DNA from: Mycobacterium phage Aziz
Length of the DNA: 24,000 nt
Sequence record: MT658802.1
Reading direction: 5' to 3' (one strand)
In this document: positions 21,064 to 24,000 of the stretch, piece after piece
How the letters are laid out: each line of letters begins with the position of its first letter
How positions within the stretch are numbered: position 1 is the first letter of the stretch
The notes under the pieces: generated by a model
Database searches by the model: none
What the model was told of the DNA's origin: nothing
What the model saw: the letters and a program-made list of their open reading frames with translations, nothing else
Translations under genes and position numbers: made by a program

Positions 21064-21545
21064 CCCATCGAGTACTGATCACCGGCAGCCGTGATTGGAC
21101 CGACCGTCATGCCGTCGGCCTGGCGCTGCAGAGTGAGCTGGAGAAGCACGGCGAGATCCTCATCCTGAACGGGATGTGTGAGCGCGGTGCCGATCTACAT
21201 GCCCACGAGTACTACCTCATGCATGGGTCGAAGTGGGTGCGGGAGAAGGAATTCCCTGCCGACTGGTCTCGGGACTGCACGAGCAGCTGCTACCACAAGC
21301 CTCGCTACAGGAATGGTGAGCGTTACTGCCCACTGGCTGGCCACCTGCGCAATCAGGCGATGGTCGACTTCGGTGCCGACGTGTGTCTGGCGTTCCCGCT
21401 GGAGGATTCGCGTGGCACGTACGACTGCATGAAGCGAGCGAAGAAGGCTGGCATCACGGTTCACAATCTCGGCTGGGGCGGCGAACGCTGTCTACCTGCC
21501 CTTCAGTATCACTCCACACCGCACAGGGGGTGCATTCTCCGATGA
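21060..21545 (+). CDS. SLOG-fold / DUF2493 (YspA-like) nucleotide-binding protein
   Basis: MTHRVLITGSRDWTDRHAVGLALQSELEKHGEILILNGMCERGADLHAHEY...RNQAMVDFGADVCLAFPLEDSRGTYDCMKRAKKAGITV. Confidence 0.85.
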   Translation: MTHRVLITGSRDWTDRHAVGLALQSELEKHGEILILNGMCERGADLHAHEYYLMHGSKWVREKEFPADWSRDCTSSCYHKPRYRNGERYCPLAGHLRNQAMVDFGADVCLAFPLEDSRGTYDCMKRAKKAGITVHNLGWGGERCLPALQYHSTPHRGCILR

Positions 21546-21724
21546 GAGTCCGATTGGAAGTTGAGACCCATACAGGCCGCAGGATCGGGGCGTCGGTCCC
21601 CATCGCTAACGCGCTGCCCAACTGGCGGCAGCCCACACAGTGTGAGTTCAACAACGAGCGTGACCGTCTACGCCAGGCCGTTGAGCAGATATACGAGAGC
21701 ATTGAGAAGGAGCTGTACGGATGA
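21542..21724 (+). CDS. Hypothetical protein
   Basis: ATGA overlap; MRVRLEVETHTGRRIGASVPIANALPNWRQ... Confidence 0.65.
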   Translation: MRVRLEVETHTGRRIGASVPIANALPNWRQPTQCEFNNERDRLRQAVEQIYESIEKELYG

Positions 21725-22401
21725 GTAACGTGTTTTTCACCTCAGACCTTCACATCGGTCACCGCAAGGTTGCGGCCAGCCGCACGCAGCGGGCTGATGG
21801 CGCACCTGCCTACCCTGATCTGGATAACATCCCAGAGTTCTTCGGGGACTACGAGGTTTCCAGGATCAACGAGATCATGGCCGACGCTTGGGACGCGACG
21901 GTCTACGAGGCGGATGTGATCTGGGTTCTGGGTGACATCTCGTCAGGCACCACCAAGGGCCAGGAGGACGCTCTCAACTGGCTGCGGCAACGACCTGGCC
22001 GGAAGCGTCTGATCTCTGGCAATCATGATGGCGTTCACCCGATGTACCGGGATGCCCATAAGTGGTATGCGCAGTACTCCGAAGTGTTCGAGTCGATTTC
22101 GACAGCGGCACGGATCCGTATCCAGCTGGAGGGTGAGCAGGGGCACCTGGATGCCCTTCTGAGCCACTATCCGTACACGGGTGACCACACGTCCACGGAT
22201 CGACACACTCAGTGGCGTCTACGGGACGAGGGGCTGCCAATCATCCATGGCCACACCCATTCGGAGAAGCGTGTGACCCACTCGCAGAGCCACTCACTGC
22301 AGCTACATGTGGGGGTCGACGCCCGTGGTGCGTATCCGACGCCGTTGCGTGACTTGGCTCGTGTGATTCAGACCAAACATAAGTGGGAGGGGAAGCTGTG
22401 A
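21721..22401 (+). CDS. Calcineurin-like metallophosphoesterase
   Basis: FFTSDLHIGHRKV, VIWVLGDISSG, RKRLISGNHDG, LLSHYPYTG, PIIHGHTHSE. Confidence 0.92.
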   Translation: MSNVFFTSDLHIGHRKVAASRTQRADGAPAYPDLDNIPEFFGDYEVSRINEIMADAWDATVYEADVIWVLGDISSGTTKGQEDALNWLRQRPGRKRLISGNHDGVHPMYRDAHKWYAQYSEVFESISTAARIRIQLEGEQGHLDALLSHYPYTGDHTSTDRHTQWRLRDEGLPIIHGHTHSEKRVTHSQSHSLQLHVGVDARGAYPTPLRDLARVIQTKHKWEGKL

Positions 22402-22625
22402 CCGAGTTCTTCACCATCATCGCCCGTGAGGGTGACACGCTCTCTGCGGATACGCAGGCAAGTAGCAACGCGCACAACAGTGTTCGGTCATACAAGACGC
22501 AGAAGGCGGCAGAGTCTGCCATCAGTCGCGGTGCGCGGGTGCCTGGTCTCAAGTACTCGGTGCTGCACACGCACATCGCTGACGACGGCACCGTGGCGAC
22601 GCGGTGGGCTGGCGGCGAGGTGTGA
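22398..22625 (+). CDS. Hypothetical protein
   Basis: GTGA overlap; MTEFFTIIAREGDTLSADTQASSNAHNSVRSYKTQKAAES... Confidence 0.7.
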   Translation: MTEFFTIIAREGDTLSADTQASSNAHNSVRSYKTQKAAESAISRGARVPGLKYSVLHTHIADDGTVATRWAGGEV

Positions 22626-22879
22626 CCGACCGGGAACGGCTGGAGCGCCGTGTGGGGTGGGCTCTGCACGGCATCCGGCAGTCATGGGGCTGGGAGGACA
22701 GTGCCCGCCAGGTGATGGAGGCCTTGGATGACCTGTTCCCCGAGAAGATGGAAGCAGCGGCCAAGATTGCCAACCTGCAAGCAGAGCTGAATTCCATGCA
22801 GCACCAATACCAATCGATGAAGCTGCAACTACTGAACCGCATTGCGCGGGATGAGCGGAGACGAAATGCCGATAACTGA
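22622..22879 (+). CDS. Hypothetical coiled-coil protein
   Basis: GTGA overlap; MTDRERLERRVGWALHGIRQSWGWEDSARQVMEALDDLFPEKME... Confidence 0.7.
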   Translation: MTDRERLERRVGWALHGIRQSWGWEDSARQVMEALDDLFPEKMEAAAKIANLQAELNSMQHQYQSMKLQLLNRIARDERRRNADN

Positions 22880-23411
22880 AGCACCGTTCGACCACGACGG
22901 CAACATGGTGAGCTATCCACTGCAGGACTGGCAGGTGAACGAGTTCGGTCGTCACGAGCGCGTCACCAAGGCCCTGGTGCATGTCGAGCCGTTCTACGCA
23001 GAGATGCGAGTGGTGGACATCGAGCGTGGCCAGTCGGCGGCACGAATGGTGTTGCAGGACACGTTCACTGGCAAGACATACCCACTGTTCCTGTCCGATC
23101 TCCTGCCGATGCTGCAGGAACCTCAGGATGGACTCACGGAGTTCCGTGTGCGGGGCACGTGGGCGGTGTCGAAGCGTGGCCAGAACTACGGCATCAAGCG
23201 GATCGAGCCGAGTCCCGCGACCGAATGGAGCACTCACATGCGGTCACTCTTGGGCAAGCAAGTAAGGGTGGTTCTGGCTGTCGAGGATCCTGTGGCCATC
23301 GCGGTGGGAAAGCTGCTCAGCTTCACCGTTGACGGTGAGGTCGTGGTGCAGGACGACAGTGGGATCCCGCACTACTGCTGGCCGAACCTCGAGACGGTGG
23401 AAATCCAGTGA
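22866..23411 (+). CDS. Hypothetical protein
   Basis: MPITEAPFDHDGNMVSYPLQDWQVNEFGRHERVTKALVHVEPFYAEMRVVDIERGQSAARMV... Confidence 0.75.
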   Translation: MPITEAPFDHDGNMVSYPLQDWQVNEFGRHERVTKALVHVEPFYAEMRVVDIERGQSAARMVLQDTFTGKTYPLFLSDLLPMLQEPQDGLTEFRVRGTWAVSKRGQNYGIKRIEPSPATEWSTHMRSLLGKQVRVVLAVEDPVAIAVGKLLSFTVDGEVVVQDDSGIPHYCWPNLETVEIQ

Positions 23412-23611
23412 GCCTCGGTGGGACGGAAGAGGAGTGGGCGGCAGTACGACGCGAGGTCGCCGCCAGCCCACCCCTCAGTGACCGTCAGGTGAACCGGATC
23501 TCAGTCGTTGCTGGGATCATGCCAGTGGATCTTGATGGCGTGACCGAGGGGCAGTTTGGCCGCAGAGCGACCCGTCTGCCCGACATGCTGGATCACGATC
23601 TTGTCGCATAG
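23408..23611 (+). CDS. Hypothetical protein whose 3' end is antisense to the recombinase gene
   Basis: GTGA overlap; MSLGGTEEEWAAVRREVAASPPLSDRQVNRISVVAG...; last ~110 nt overlap the minus-strand recombinase. Confidence 0.5.
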   Translation: MSLGGTEEEWAAVRREVAASPPLSDRQVNRISVVAGIMPVDLDGVTEGQFGRRATRLPDMLDHDLVA

Positions 23612-24000
23612 TGACTCGATGATCGCCCGCTTACGCTCCAGATCCAGCCCCAGCCAAACCTTTTCAAGATCGTCATGACCAAGCAGCCCGTCGAACACGC
23701 GAGATCGTGTGAGGCGGGCTAGTTTGGCATCGATCTCTTCCAGCTTGACGTTCACCCGGTCGGTGGCGTCCTTCACCTGAGCCGGTGTGAGGGTGCCGTC
23801 GGCCAGGGCCTCACCGAACGATGCCTTGCGTGCCCGCAGCGCCTCGGCCTCAGCGTGCAGACCCTTGGCCTGCTCCGCGTCGACCTGGGTGCCGACAATC
23901 CACTTGCGCTGCTCCAGCTTCGCCACCATGGACATCTCGACATACTTGTCGACCTTCTTACGCACACGGGTAACACCGTGTTTGCAGACCTCGTAGCGCT
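23501..24000 (-). CDS. Large serine recombinase/integrase, C-terminal part (truncated by window edge)
   Basis: Minus-strand frame RYEVCKHGVTRVRKKVDKYVEMS...EAEALRARKASFGEALADGTLTPAQVKDATDRVNVKLEEIDAKLARLTR...WLGLDLERKRAIIESLCDKIVI: zinc-ribbon plus coiled-coil C-terminus. The frame stays open to nt 24000. Confidence 0.85.
   Translation of the reverse strand, partial: RYEVCKHGVTRVRKKVDKYVEMSMVAKLEQRKWIVGTQVDAEQAKGLHAEAEALRARKASFGEALADGTLTPAQVKDATDRVNVKLEEIDAKLARLTRSRVFDGLLGHDDLEKVWLGLDLERKRAIIESLCDKIVIQHVGQTGRSAAKLPLGHAIKIHWHDPSND

Noticed and set aside
1-24000. CRISPR array, restriction-modification or known abortive-infection locus
   Set aside because: No regularly spaced repeats, no methyltransferase or restriction motifs, no Cas-like proteins in the supplied frames.

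Overview
The window looks like part of a temperate actinobacteriophage or phage-like integrative element. This is inferred from two WhiB-family proteins, SSB, a DnaB-type helicase, dense 4-bp-overlapping small genes, HNH proteins, and the C-terminal part of a large serine recombinase entering on the minus strand at the right edge. The left 11 kb is replication genes plus small phage genes. The centre (about 11.05-16.47 kb) is a terminator-bounded stable-RNA array with a tmRNA, about 23 readable tRNAs covering nearly every amino acid, several non-canonical tRNA-like elements and three tiny embedded ORFs. Downstream lie a Gly-rich lipoprotein, an RtcB-type RNA ligase, a dual-specificity phosphatase, a SLOG/DUF2493-like protein and a metallophosphoesterase. 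The main observation is that nt 12024-12095 can be read as a complete canonical tRNA only in circularly permuted order (3' half, short spacer, 5' half), with the break in the anticodon loop. That would need RNA end-joining to mature, and an RtcB ligase is encoded in the same window. Other notable points are a tmRNA with predicted tag (A)AFVAADYAVGA, a recurrent promoter motif CCTGTAATCAC-N14-TANNNT, and tRNAs with swapped T-loop bases, missing or degenerate anticodon arms, or a very short D arm. All calls are from manual reading; no folding, covariance or database search was run.
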